A stretch of DNA of 64,000 nt from Candidatus Poribacteria bacterium (lineage in GTDB: Bacteria > Poribacteria > WGA-4E > WGA-3G), in the NCBI GenBank assembly GCA_965242965.1, contig OZ251518.1, positions 576,001 through 640,000 of the forward strand, written 5' to 3'. A model generated the notes under the pieces. That model was not told the origin of the DNA, ran no database searches, and was given only the letters and a program-made list of their open reading frames with translations. Position numbers and translations under genes: made by a program. Position 1 is the stretch's first letter; each line of letters opens with the position of its first letter. Below are positions 9,945-18,936 of the stretch, piece by piece.

Positions 9945-10523
9945 TTATCGTAACGGTTCAATGACTATTGACTTCGGAGACGTAGGACAAACGTGCTGGC
10001 AGACACCGCACCCCGTGCATCCCGGTGTCAGCACCTCAACCATGCCTGTCGGTGAGAAGGCGATGGCATCCACGCCGATAGGACAACTGTCCACGCAGTA
10101 AGTGCAGGTAATCTCTTTGGAACGGAGGCAGGTTTCTGCGGTGAAGACAGCCACCCCCATCGCGATGTCTTCGGCGAAAACACTCTGAAGCGCGCCACTA
10201 GGACAGACATACATGCACGCCAACGAATCGCAGATGACGCACGGCTGCATGTCCGGGTTGATATAGGGTGTCTGCATCAGGCCCGGGTCATCGCTTTCCA
10301 ATGGCCGTATTGCTTCGGCGGGACAATTTTTGACGCAGTTGCCGCAACGGAGACATTTCTCTAAGAACTCTTCCTCCGGTAGCGCGCCGGGCGGCCGTAA
10401 CAACATCGCCGCGGGCGTTTCTACCGTCGCCGGAACCCGTTCGTCTAAAATTTCCGCGACCGGCTGGAGGATTTGGCTGAGTGCCTCCTTAAAAAAGCCG
10501 CGTCTCCCGTGTTTGTCGGACAT
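9945..10523 (-). CDS. 4Fe-4S dicluster ferredoxin-type protein (NapF/NapG/MauM family)
   Basis: RRGFF, LRPPGA..E..F...CLRCGNC...CP and three more Cys clusters. Confidence 0.85.
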   Translation of the reverse strand: MSDKHGRRGFFKEALSQILQPVAEILDERVPATVETPAAMLLRPPGALPEEEFLEKCLRCGNCVKNCPAEAIRPLESDDPGLMQTPYINPDMQPCVICDSLACMYVCPSGALQSVFAEDIAMGVAVFTAETCLRSKEITCTYCVDSCPIGVDAIAFSPTGMVEVLTPGCTGCGVCQHVCPTSPKSIVIEPLR

Positions 10524-10541
10524 GGAGATACCCTTCACATT

Positions 10542-11183
10542 TTAAGCGGTTTCGTCTTGACTGGTTTTCGGAATGCGATAGCAACACCGATGGCTGTCCC
10601 GCAGTAGATGCTCTTCTCGGTAGACTTTAGCACCTAAGGTCTGCCGGAAAAGTGCCAACTCCATTTCGCACACGTGCGGATATTCCTCGGCAATTGCGGC
10701 GATGGGGCAGTTGTGTTCAATGAGGAAATAATCGGTGCCGTTTTCGTCAACGCGCGCCATGTATCCTTCTTCGTCACGGATCAGCGCGAGTTCTTTCACG
10801 CGAATTGGGAGCGTTTTTCCTTGGACGCGCTGTTGGTATGTCACCATTTGCGACTGCATGCGGCTCCGAAACACCTTATTGATAAATCCGGGGCCGTTAA
10901 ATTTCGCGACTTCGTGCATCAACTCCACTGCAAAGTTGGCGTAAGTCGTTGGGAAGAGGCTGTGCGCCTCGTCCGTGAGGCGATAGAGATGATGTGGGCG
11001 GCCGCGTTCCTGTTTTTCGGATCGATATTCCACTAAGCCTTCGGCTTCTAGAATCGCCAGGTGTTGCCGGGTGCCGACAGAACTGATGGGCAGTGCATCT
11101 GTGAGTTCCCCCACGCTCATCTGTGCGCGCATTTTCAGCAGTTGCAAGATGCGCATGCGCGTTTCGCTCATTTCGTAGTTCAT
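10542..11183 (-). CDS. SufR-like HTH transcriptional regulator
   Basis: N-terminal wHTH (RQHL..LE..GLV...GRP...Y.LT); EHNCPI...CEME...CCY Cys motif. Confidence 0.8.
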   Translation of the reverse strand: MNYEMSETRMRILQLLKMRAQMSVGELTDALPISSVGTRQHLAILEAEGLVEYRSEKQERGRPHHLYRLTDEAHSLFPTTYANFAVELMHEVAKFNGPGFINKVFRSRMQSQMVTYQQRVQGKTLPIRVKELALIRDEEGYMARVDENGTDYFLIEHNCPIAAIAEEYPHVCEMELALFRQTLGAKVYREEHLLRDSHRCCYRIPKTSQDETA

Positions 11184-11334
11184 AGTGCTATCCTTTTTGA
11201 CAAGTTGCTGCAATTATACCATAATTGCACATATCAATGCAACGATAAATAACGTTTTCTGAATCAAGACGGCGCAATTTTCTTGCAAAAAATATGAAAG
11301 ATACGTTAAACTAAAAAACTGCACCGGATCCGGT

Positions 11335-11452
11335 CCGGATACCGTAGCGCGAGGGCCTGTCCCTCGCGAACAACCGCTTAAGACAAAAACCGGTCCGGAT
11401 ACCGTAGCGCGAGGGCCTGTCCCTCGCGAATGTCCACTTGAAACGAAAACCG
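11335..11452 (+). repeat. Two tandem 60-bp units, each with a GTAG-REP palindrome
   Basis: CCGGATACCGTAGCGCGAGGGCCTGTCCCTCGCGAA... repeated at a 60-bp period. Confidence 0.9.
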
Positions 11453-11498
11453 GAAAAAAAGGGATTTCCGGCAAAAAAAACGGTCAAGGAGTATACTC

Positions 11499-12977
11499 AT
11501 GAAAAAATGGTTGTCCTGCAAACTCGGTATCGCTCTCGCGGCGATTGTGATGTTGTCCCTCGGTGTTACGGCGATGGGGCACGGCGCGGCACGCGTCTCA
11601 ATAGCACCCGCTGAGATTCCCTCCCCGGCAGTCGGGGAGCAGTTACGCGTTGATATTCACATCACGGACGGCGTGGGTGTCGCGGGCTATGAACTGAGCC
11701 TAGCTTTCGATGCCGCTTCGCTGCGCTATCTAGAAGCGACAAACGCCGATTACCTCCCGCTCGGCGCACTCACAGTAGCACAATTTGACGAGAAAAACAA
11801 CGTCTATCTGACCGCGATTTCCCAGAGCGGCCCCGGCACAGCCAACGATGGCACCCTCGCAACAGTGACGTTTGAAGTAGTGGCAATTAACGCTTCAACG
11901 CTAAAACTCAATGACGTGACGCTCTGGGATAGTAATTCAAAACCGTTGGAAGTCAGGACGGTAGATGGGAAAATTGTGGCTTCGCCCGCGTGGGACGTGA
12001 ATCAGGACGGCGAGGTGAATACGCAAGATCTGGCACTTGTCCGAAAGAACCTGCGGACCTCGGCACCGAATCCCCCGCGCGCCGATGTCAACGGGGATGG
12101 CACGGTGAATATTCTCGATCTGGCACTTGTTGAAAAACACCTCGGTGAATCAACCGGCATGACTTCTTCCGCTGCCGAAACTGTCCCCGAAGGCATGGTG
12201 CTGATTCCCGCCGGTGAATTTCAGATGGGAAGCGATGACAAATCCGCCTATAGCGACGAACGTCCCCTGCATCCTGTCTACGTTGATGCCTTTTATATGG
12301 ATACACACGAGGTGACGAACGCGCAATATCAGGCGTTTGTGCTTGCGAACCCGGCATGGCAAAAAGGGAACGTTCCACGGAAATATCACAACGGCTATTA
12401 CCTCCATTTCTGGAATGGCAATGACTATCCGAGCGACAAAGCAGAACATCCCGTTGTTTATGTCAGTTGGTATGCGGCGATGGCGTATGCAGACTGGGTA
12501 GGGAAACGACTACCGACGGAGGCGGAGTGGGAGAAAGCGCAACGCGGTGGTGTCAGTGTTAATGTCAATGCCAGTGTCAATGCCAATGTCAATGGAAACC
12601 AGTATCCTTGGGGTAATGACATTGATACCAGCATGGCAAATTACGGTTGGGCAATCGGTGACACGGCGGCGGTTGGCAGTTACGCACCCAACGGCTATGG
12701 GCTCTATGACATGGCGGGTAACGTCTGGGAGTGGTGCCTCGATGCATATCAGCGCAATTTTTACGTCACTTCGCCGATGAAGAACCCGGTTTCGGGTGCT
12801 GAGACTACCGCAGAAGTTATTGATAACTACACCGACATCCGTTCATACCGGGTGTTGCGGGGTGGTTCTTGGAGCAGCTCCTCGCAGCATCTGCGGGTAT
12901 CCTATCGCTTCCGGCTCACGCCATCTGTCGCCATCAGCGATTTCGGATTTCGCTGCGTGAAGTCCGTATCGCCTTAA
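11499..12977 (+). CDS. Secreted cohesin + dockerin + FGE/SUMF1-type domain protein
   Basis: Signal peptide; cohesin-like ...LAFD...L.Y...GTLATVTFEV; paired DVNxDGxVNxxDL loops; MVLIPAGEFQMG, RLPTEAEWEKA, DMAGNVWEW, GFRC. Confidence 0.85.
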   Translation: MKKWLSCKLGIALAAIVMLSLGVTAMGHGAARVSIAPAEIPSPAVGEQLRVDIHITDGVGVAGYELSLAFDAASLRYLEATNADYLPLGALTVAQFDEKNNVYLTAISQSGPGTANDGTLATVTFEVVAINASTLKLNDVTLWDSNSKPLEVRTVDGKIVASPAWDVNQDGEVNTQDLALVRKNLRTSAPNPPRADVNGDGTVNILDLALVEKHLGESTGMTSSAAETVPEGMVLIPAGEFQMGSDDKSAYSDERPLHPVYVDAFYMDTHEVTNAQYQAFVLANPAWQKGNVPRKYHNGYYLHFWNGNDYPSDKAEHPVVYVSWYAAMAYADWVGKRLPTEAEWEKAQRGGVSVNVNASVNANVNGNQYPWGNDIDTSMANYGWAIGDTAAVGSYAPNGYGLYDMAGNVWEWCLDAYQRNFYVTSPMKNPVSGAETTAEVIDNYTDIRSYRVLRGGSWSSSSQHLRVSYRFRLTPSVAISDFGFRCVKSVSP

Positions 12978-12987
12978 CGGGATAAGC

Positions 12988-13767
12988 ATGAAACAACTCG
13001 CTTTTATCCTCTGCGGAATTTTGGTGCTCCTGCCCGGGTGCGGTTCCAATGAAAGTGTCTCACCGGCGCAATCTACGGAGCAGCAGGCACTACCTAACTA
13101 CTTCCCCGATGCGCTCGGGAGCCGGTGGGTATATAGCACACCTGTTGGCAAGCAGTGGACGCGGCAAGTTACGCATGAGCGGACTATAGACGAAAATGTC
13201 TATCGTGTCTTTACGTATACACCCCCTATTGAAGAGTCCACGTTCGATCTGTTGAGAATCTCACAGTATCGCGTAACCCAGAATCGCGTGCTCACCTTCG
13301 TTGAAGAAGACATTGACAGGTATGTGAAAGCCAAGGTGCCGGAATTTCAGGTGCAGGGTGCGTTTGAGGGAATTGAACTTGAGGTGCAGGTGAACTCAAT
13401 ATCGGAGCGTGAACTCGTTTTCTACCGTATTCCACCGACTCCCAACGTGCAATGGGATGTCCTTGACGTGAAGGTGGAAGGAAGCGTTGTTTTGCAAGGA
13501 TTAGCACTCCTACAACTCCCTTTTGAGATGTATTTTCGCATCAAAGGGACAGTTGTGGGCCGTCCAATAACCGTGCAAACGCCCGCCGGCATCTTTGAAA
13601 ATACTTACAAGATTGAATACCTGTCGGGATATACCTTCTCTATGATGGATAAAGAGGAGACAACCCCCGATTTAACCAACACCGTCTGGCTGGCACCGCA
13701 CGTTGGCATTGTCCGATTTGAAAACGAGCGGGGGATAACCGAATTAGTGGACTACACCCTCCCGTAG
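12988..13767 (+). CDS. Hypothetical lipoprotein
   Basis: Lipobox LLPGC; YFP...G..W.Y, TPAGIF, WLAPHVGIV motifs. Confidence 0.7.
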   Translation: MKQLAFILCGILVLLPGCGSNESVSPAQSTEQQALPNYFPDALGSRWVYSTPVGKQWTRQVTHERTIDENVYRVFTYTPPIEESTFDLLRISQYRVTQNRVLTFVEEDIDRYVKAKVPEFQVQGAFEGIELEVQVNSISERELVFYRIPPTPNVQWDVLDVKVEGSVVLQGLALLQLPFEMYFRIKGTVVGRPITVQTPAGIFENTYKIEYLSGYTFSMMDKEETTPDLTNTVWLAPHVGIVRFENERGITELVDYTLP

Positions 13768-13777
13768 GAATCGTGCG

Positions 13778-14836
13778 ATGAAAATCGTTGTCTTAAGCGA
13801 TGGCAAACCGGGGCACTACAATCAATCCCTCGGCATCGTCCAACGCCTGCCGGCGTGCGAGGCACACTGGATAAACGTGGGTTTCCGCAGCAAATCCCGC
13901 GATAACCTCCTCCGCTGTCTGATGTGCCTCATCGGATGGATGCCGCTCCCGCGTTCATTGAGGCACGCACTCCTCCGCTGGAGCCTCCACCGCGATACTT
14001 ATGTCGCTATTTCAGACATCAAATCCGCCGAGCTCATCCTCTCAACCGGTTCCTCTGTCGCTGCCGTTAACCTCCTTCTCGGCAGAATTTTGCGGGCGAG
14101 AACGGTAACGTGCCGCCGCCCCTCGCCGTTAGGCACTCGCGATTTTGACTTGGCTATTCTTCCGATGCTCTCCTGGCCGCGCAGACATCGCAAAAACGTA
14201 TGCAAAACCGTCGGAGTCCCGAACCAAATCTTGCCAGCCAATTTAGACACGTTGAAAGCTGCTCTGGCGCATCCGGATTGCCCGCGCATCGGTGTCCTCA
14301 TAGGCGGTGCAGATAAACATGAAGACATCACCGAAGAGGACGCGGTGCTGCTGTTTGAACTCTTGTCTGTCGTCGCTGAGAAGATTGGCGCGGAGGTGCT
14401 AGTGACAACCTCTCGCCGAACACCGCCGCCCGTGAGAGACTGTCTCGCGAATATCCTCAAATCCGCGCCGTGGTGTCCTCTATTCGTCGGACCGGAAGAC
14501 TGTGCCTTGTCTGCAACTGGGAACCCCTATCAGGCCATCCTCGCCTTAAGCGAACTGCTCATCGTCACGGCGGATAGTTTCTCGATGGTATGCGAGGCGG
14601 CGAGCAGCGGCAGACCGGTTATCGTGCTAACGCTAAGTCCCGCGCGCACTCGGGAACCCAAGCGATACCAGGTCTACCGTTATCTAGTGGAGCGTTCCAT
14701 CGTGCATCAATGCGGTTTGCACGATTTAGGGGAACGGGTTTTGCAATTGTTGCAGGAAAAGCGGAAGCCTCATCCCCTTGATGATACGGCGACAGCAGTA
14801 GACGCTATCCGTCGCCTTTTTGACAGTGCCATTTAG
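13778..14836 (+). CDS. ELM1/GtrOC1-family putative glycosyltransferase-fold protein
   Basis: LSDGKPGHYNQSLG, VLIGG, TTSRRTP, NPY, TADSFSMVCEA..SG.PV. Confidence 0.85.
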   Translation: MKIVVLSDGKPGHYNQSLGIVQRLPACEAHWINVGFRSKSRDNLLRCLMCLIGWMPLPRSLRHALLRWSLHRDTYVAISDIKSAELILSTGSSVAAVNLLLGRILRARTVTCRRPSPLGTRDFDLAILPMLSWPRRHRKNVCKTVGVPNQILPANLDTLKAALAHPDCPRIGVLIGGADKHEDITEEDAVLLFELLSVVAEKIGAEVLVTTSRRTPPPVRDCLANILKSAPWCPLFVGPEDCALSATGNPYQAILALSELLIVTADSFSMVCEAASSGRPVIVLTLSPARTREPKRYQVYRYLVERSIVHQCGLHDLGERVLQLLQEKRKPHPLDDTATAVDAIRRLFDSAI

Positions 14837-14837
14837 T

Positions 14838-15265
14838 TGAGGGTGTTTTATATTTCAATGCGTTCGGTAGGATAGTCCTCCGGGTCTTGATGTCTTCTCG
14901 GTAGGAGAGACCTCCCGGTCTCGACATCTTCGGGTAGGAGGGACCTCCCGATAAGGCGTGCATTCTCTTAACCCGTTCGGGTGCAGGCGCACCCGAACTA
15001 CAGGGCCAGCGGGCGCACCCCGACTGTAGTTCAGGATCGCCTGATCCTGACCCGTTTGTGATCAGGCGATCACAAACTACAGTTTGATGTTCCCGTAGCG
15101 CGGGAGCCTGTCCCTCGCGAGCGTTGGAGTGCGTGAGCGATGGCGAGGGACAGGCCCTCGCCCTACGATGAAGGGGCTTCCTGCCGCCGCGTCCCCGGTA
15201 GGTGCGCCGCCCTATTGCATCGAGACCGGGAGGTCTCGCCTACGGGGATTTATGAAACACCCTCA
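14838..15265. mobile_element. MITE-like element: 15-bp TIRs enclosing REP mosaic, 6-bp direct repeat TTTAGT
   Basis: TTTAGT|TGAGGGTGTTTTATA ... TATGAAACACCCTCA|TTTAGT; interior made of GTAG palindromes. Confidence 0.75.
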
Positions 15266-15307
15266 TTTAGTTTTCGGTTTTGATCAGGAGAACTGAACAT
15301 CTCTGAC

Positions 15308-15336
15308 TTGACATATTTTTGCATTGGTGCTATGCT
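15308..15336 (+). promoter_or_regulatory. sigma70 promoter of glpK
   Basis: TTGACA-N17-TATGCT with TG extension. Confidence 0.6.
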
Positions 15337-15385
15337 AATGCACAACGCGCCAGTTGGTAAGAAACTATTTTTTAGGAACCGAAAA

Positions 15386-16912
15386 ATGCCGAATTCTACC
15401 TACCTTCTCTCCATCGACCAGGGCACCACCGGCACCACTGTCCTCCTCGTTGATGCACACGGCGACATAGGCGCGCAAGGATACCGCGAATTTACGCAGC
15501 ACTATCCGCGTCCCGGCTGGGTAGAGCACGACGCGGCGGAAATCTGGGAAGTGACACAGCACACCATCACCGATGCGCTCACTTCGCTTCCCTCCGATAC
15601 GCGCGCGGACATCGCCGCCATCGGAATTGCCAATCAGCGCGAAACCACCGTCGTCTGGGAACGCAAAACCGGGAAACCCATCCATCCCGCTATTGTGTGG
15701 CAGTGCCGCCGAACCGCAGAGAGATGTGCGGCCCTCAAACAGCAGGGACTTGAGGAACTGGTTAAGGCAAAAACCGGTTTGGTGCTGGACCCTTATTTTT
15801 CAGGGACAAAGGTGGCGTGGATTCTTGACCGAGTAGCAGGCGCGCGGGAACGCGCCGCGCGCGGCGAACTCGCCTTCGGCACAATAGATACGTGGCTCCT
15901 CTGGAATTTGACAGATGGAGAGGTTCACAAAACCGACTACACCAATGCCTCGCGAACACTGCTGTTTAACATTGAGACGCTCGCCTGGGACGATATGTTG
16001 TTGGAGATGTTCAACGTCCCGAAAGCAATTTTGCCGGAAGTTTGTCCATCTAGCGGAATCTTTGGGGAGGCGGAAATATCGGCACAGGGAGGAAAGGGAA
16101 AGATAGTGCCGATTGCGGGAATTGCGGGGGACCAGCAGGCCGCTCTTTTCGGGCAGTTGTGTCTGGAACCAGGGATGGCGAAAAATACCTATGGCACCGG
16201 CTGTTTCCTGATGCTCAATACCGGTTCACAACGGGTGCATTCAACCGCAGGTCTGTTAACGACGCTCGCCTGTGGATTAACGGATACCCCTGTCTATGCG
16301 CTGGAGGGAAGTGTCTTCGTCGCGGGTGCCGCCGTGCAGTGGCTCCGCGATGGCATCCAAATCGTTGAGACTGCCGCGGAGACAGAAAGTGCCGCAAACC
16401 GAGTTGCGGACTCCGATGGTGTTTTCGTCGTGCCTGCATTTACCGGGCTCGGCGCGCCATATTGGGATGCAGCGGCGCGGGGGGCCATCTTCGGCTTAAC
16501 GCGCGGCACCACGCGCGAGCATATTATCCGCGCAACCTTGGAAGCAATCGCCTTTCAATCCACAGATGTCGTCACGGCAATGTTAGCCGATGCAAACGTG
16601 ACGCTGGAGACATTGCGCGTTGATGGCGGTGCTGTTGCGAACGACTTCTTGATGCAGTTTCAGGCAGACATTTTGGGGATAGCGGTGGAACGTCCACGCC
16701 GCATTGAGACGACTGGACTCGGTGCTGCCTATCTCGCCGGGCTTGCAACCGGTATCTGGGGAGACACGATGGAATTGGAGGCATACCGCACGACTGAGAG
16801 AATCTTTGCGCCACAGATGAATGCGAACCGTCGCGCCGAGAAATTAGCGGGTTGGAAAGACGCGGTGCGGCGGGTAATGTTCCACGATGCCGAAGAATTC
16901 CACACACCGTAG
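15386..16912 (+). CDS. glpK: Glycerol kinase
   Basis: IDQGTT, PGWVEHD, NQRETT, IVWQCRRT, DPYFSGTK, GDQQAALFGQ, KNTYGTGCF, PAFTGLGAPYWD. Confidence 0.97.
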   Translation: MPNSTYLLSIDQGTTGTTVLLVDAHGDIGAQGYREFTQHYPRPGWVEHDAAEIWEVTQHTITDALTSLPSDTRADIAAIGIANQRETTVVWERKTGKPIHPAIVWQCRRTAERCAALKQQGLEELVKAKTGLVLDPYFSGTKVAWILDRVAGARERAARGELAFGTIDTWLLWNLTDGEVHKTDYTNASRTLLFNIETLAWDDMLLEMFNVPKAILPEVCPSSGIFGEAEISAQGGKGKIVPIAGIAGDQQAALFGQLCLEPGMAKNTYGTGCFLMLNTGSQRVHSTAGLLTTLACGLTDTPVYALEGSVFVAGAAVQWLRDGIQIVETAAETESAANRVADSDGVFVVPAFTGLGAPYWDAAARGAIFGLTRGTTREHIIRATLEAIAFQSTDVVTAMLADANVTLETLRVDGGAVANDFLMQFQADILGIAVERPRRIETTGLGAAYLAGLATGIWGDTMELEAYRTTERIFAPQMNANRRAEKLAGWKDAVRRVMFHDAEEFHTP

Positions 16913-17140
16913 GGCGAGGGCCTGTCCCTCGCTAGGCCTCGGGTACAAGAACGATCGCGGGGGAAACCCGCTCGGATGCGCGTGTGGCATCCGAGGGCCC
17001 CGCGCTACGGGAAAAAAAACGCCGCCCCCCTCCGTAGGGCGAGGGCCTGTCCCTCGCCGGGCCTCGGGTACAAGAACGATCGCGGTGCGGGTCTAAGAAC
17101 GGTTTCTTTCACCGTAGGGCGAGGGCCTGTCCCTCGCCAG
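16909..17140. repeat. GTAG-REP cluster between glpK and the histidine kinase
   Basis: Three GTAGGGCGAGGGCCTGTCCCTCGC copies plus one loop-expanded copy in reverse orientation. Confidence 0.9.
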
Positions 17141-17158
17141 GCACCGACAGTGAGAAAA

Positions 17159-18856
17159 ATGCGACTTCAATGGAAATACTCCCTCGTGATTAACCTCACC
17201 GTCGTCGCGGTGCTGGTAGCATTCTACTTCTTTGATAGCATCCGTGTGCGGCGCGAGATGAACGCTTTGCACGCCTTAGGGGCAGAACGCGGCGCGGAAC
17301 TCAAAAAAATCGCAGAAGTGACGATTCTGAGTGCTGTTCTCCGCGAACTAGAGGCAACGCGAACTTTTGATGCAGAACGCGTTGACGCGGTGCTCCGGCA
17401 ACTCAAGCAAGAACATCCCGATATGAAGGACGTAATCAACGTTCACGTTTCTTTGGACGATACCCGCATCCACGCGAGTTTATTGCCACGCAATCACGAT
17501 ACGACAGGGATTAACCTTGACGCAGCAGACCTGGCGCAAATCGAGGCGAAAGGCGCGAAGATAGACACGATAGAAGGTCAGAACGCCACCGCTATCGTGA
17601 TTAAATACCTCGTGCCACTAGTTGCTCCGAAACAGATTGAACTGTCCGGCGGCTACGGCGAACCTCCCTTGCAGAAGACTTATGAAACGATGTTGGATAG
17701 CGGGAGTATCCATTTTGAGTTGTGGAAGGCACTTGTCGCCAACGACATTTATGTCCTTGATGCGGCGGTAACGGTGGAGAAACCCGGCACCCGATGGCAA
17801 ATTACGGACATGGAGAAGGGTAATACCTATATCCTCTCCAAACAGGATGAGACGCTCTGGGTGCAAAAACTGCAAACCGGTTATGTCCAAGTGCTTTTCA
17901 ATGTCCCGGATATTGACAAATCGATCCGATACTCGCTGTTGATGCATGCAGTACTGATTGTGATTGTCGGCGCGTTGCTTGTCATCCTCATCGATTTGAC
18001 GACAAACCATCTCGTCATGAAACCGCTGGAACGGATGACGCGGATTATCCAGAGTGGCGGGGAGATGGCTGCGCATCAGCAGACCTATTCTTCCGATGAA
18101 ATCGGGAGGGCGACGCATAACCTCGTGCGGATGTTATGGCAGTTGCGGGAATCACACTCCAAACGGATTGCGGCGTTGGGGCAGTTTGCCGCCGGCATTG
18201 CACACGAGATTCGGAATCCGCTGAATTCCATCGGGATGACAGCGCAGCATCTCAAGGCAGTCTTCTCGCAGCCGAAGGTGGAGCCGGACGATATTGAGGA
18301 GGCGAAGGAGCTCCTTGACATCGTCAACCAGAAAATCGATGAATTGAAGCAGATTTCACAGCAGTTTCTCACCTTAAACCGTCCTCGGAAATTGAACGTG
18401 GCACCGGTTGCGCTCAATTCCCTCGTGGAGCGGGTGTTATCGGAATTCGCGCTGATTGCGGAAGAAGCGAAGGTGCAGTTGATTCAGCATTACGATGCCG
18501 ACTTGCCGGAAATCTCGCTGGATGCAGCGTTAATGCGGCAGACGCTCTTCAACCTCATTCAAAACAGCATCCAAGCGATGCCGAAGGGTGGAAGTATCTA
18601 TATCACGACAACGCTTGAGCAGCCGAACGCCGTGCTTGAGATTCGGGATACCGGCATCGGCATCCCAGAGGAATTTCAGGAACAGATTTACGATGCCTAT
18701 TTCACGACAAAGGAGGCGAGTGGCGGCATCGGGCTCGGGCTCGCCATTTCGCACCAGATTATCGCCGCGCACAACGGCCAGATTGAAATGCGTAGCAAAA
18801 TGGGCATGGGCACCGCTTTTAAAATCAGGCTTCCTCTCAAGCCGCGAAACCTGTAG
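17159..18856 (+). CDS. Membrane sensor histidine kinase (NtrB-like)
   Basis: Two TM helices; AAGIAHEIRNPL H-box; NLIQNSIQAM, DTGIGI, FTTK, GLGLAIS; the longer ORF extension is REP-derived. Confidence 0.92.
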   Translation: MRLQWKYSLVINLTVVAVLVAFYFFDSIRVRREMNALHALGAERGAELKKIAEVTILSAVLRELEATRTFDAERVDAVLRQLKQEHPDMKDVINVHVSLDDTRIHASLLPRNHDTTGINLDAADLAQIEAKGAKIDTIEGQNATAIVIKYLVPLVAPKQIELSGGYGEPPLQKTYETMLDSGSIHFELWKALVANDIYVLDAAVTVEKPGTRWQITDMEKGNTYILSKQDETLWVQKLQTGYVQVLFNVPDIDKSIRYSLLMHAVLIVIVGALLVILIDLTTNHLVMKPLERMTRIIQSGGEMAAHQQTYSSDEIGRATHNLVRMLWQLRESHSKRIAALGQFAAGIAHEIRNPLNSIGMTAQHLKAVFSQPKVEPDDIEEAKELLDIVNQKIDELKQISQQFLTLNRPRKLNVAPVALNSLVERVLSEFALIAEEAKVQLIQHYDADLPEISLDAALMRQTLFNLIQNSIQAMPKGGSIYITTTLEQPNAVLEIRDTGIGIPEEFQEQIYDAYFTTKEASGGIGLGLAISHQIIAAHNGQIEMRSKMGMGTAFKIRLPLKPRNL

Positions 18857-18910
18857 ACGCGGTTTTCAACCGCGCCCGTTATAGCATGCGCGCTTGCAAA
18901 TCCCGCCTAC
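18853..18910. repeat. Convergent pair of GTAG-REP variants
   Basis: GTAGACGCGGTTTTCAACCGCGC and reverse GTAGGCGGGATTTGCAAGCGCGC. Confidence 0.6.
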
Positions 18911-18936
18911 TGTTAAAAACTCACGGAGAACACAAA

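Noticed and set aside
12850-12977. FGE-type C-terminus as a diversity-generating retroelement variable region (also 32700-32827)
   Set aside because: No reverse transcriptase or near-identical template repeat in the window; the two C-termini do not differ only at adenines. A remote template cannot be excluded
16976-17158. Long N-terminal extensions of the histidine kinase, GT2 (26207-26644) and gspI (53137-53244)
   Set aside because: They translate REP DNA, and a downstream ATG gives a family-typical start in each case
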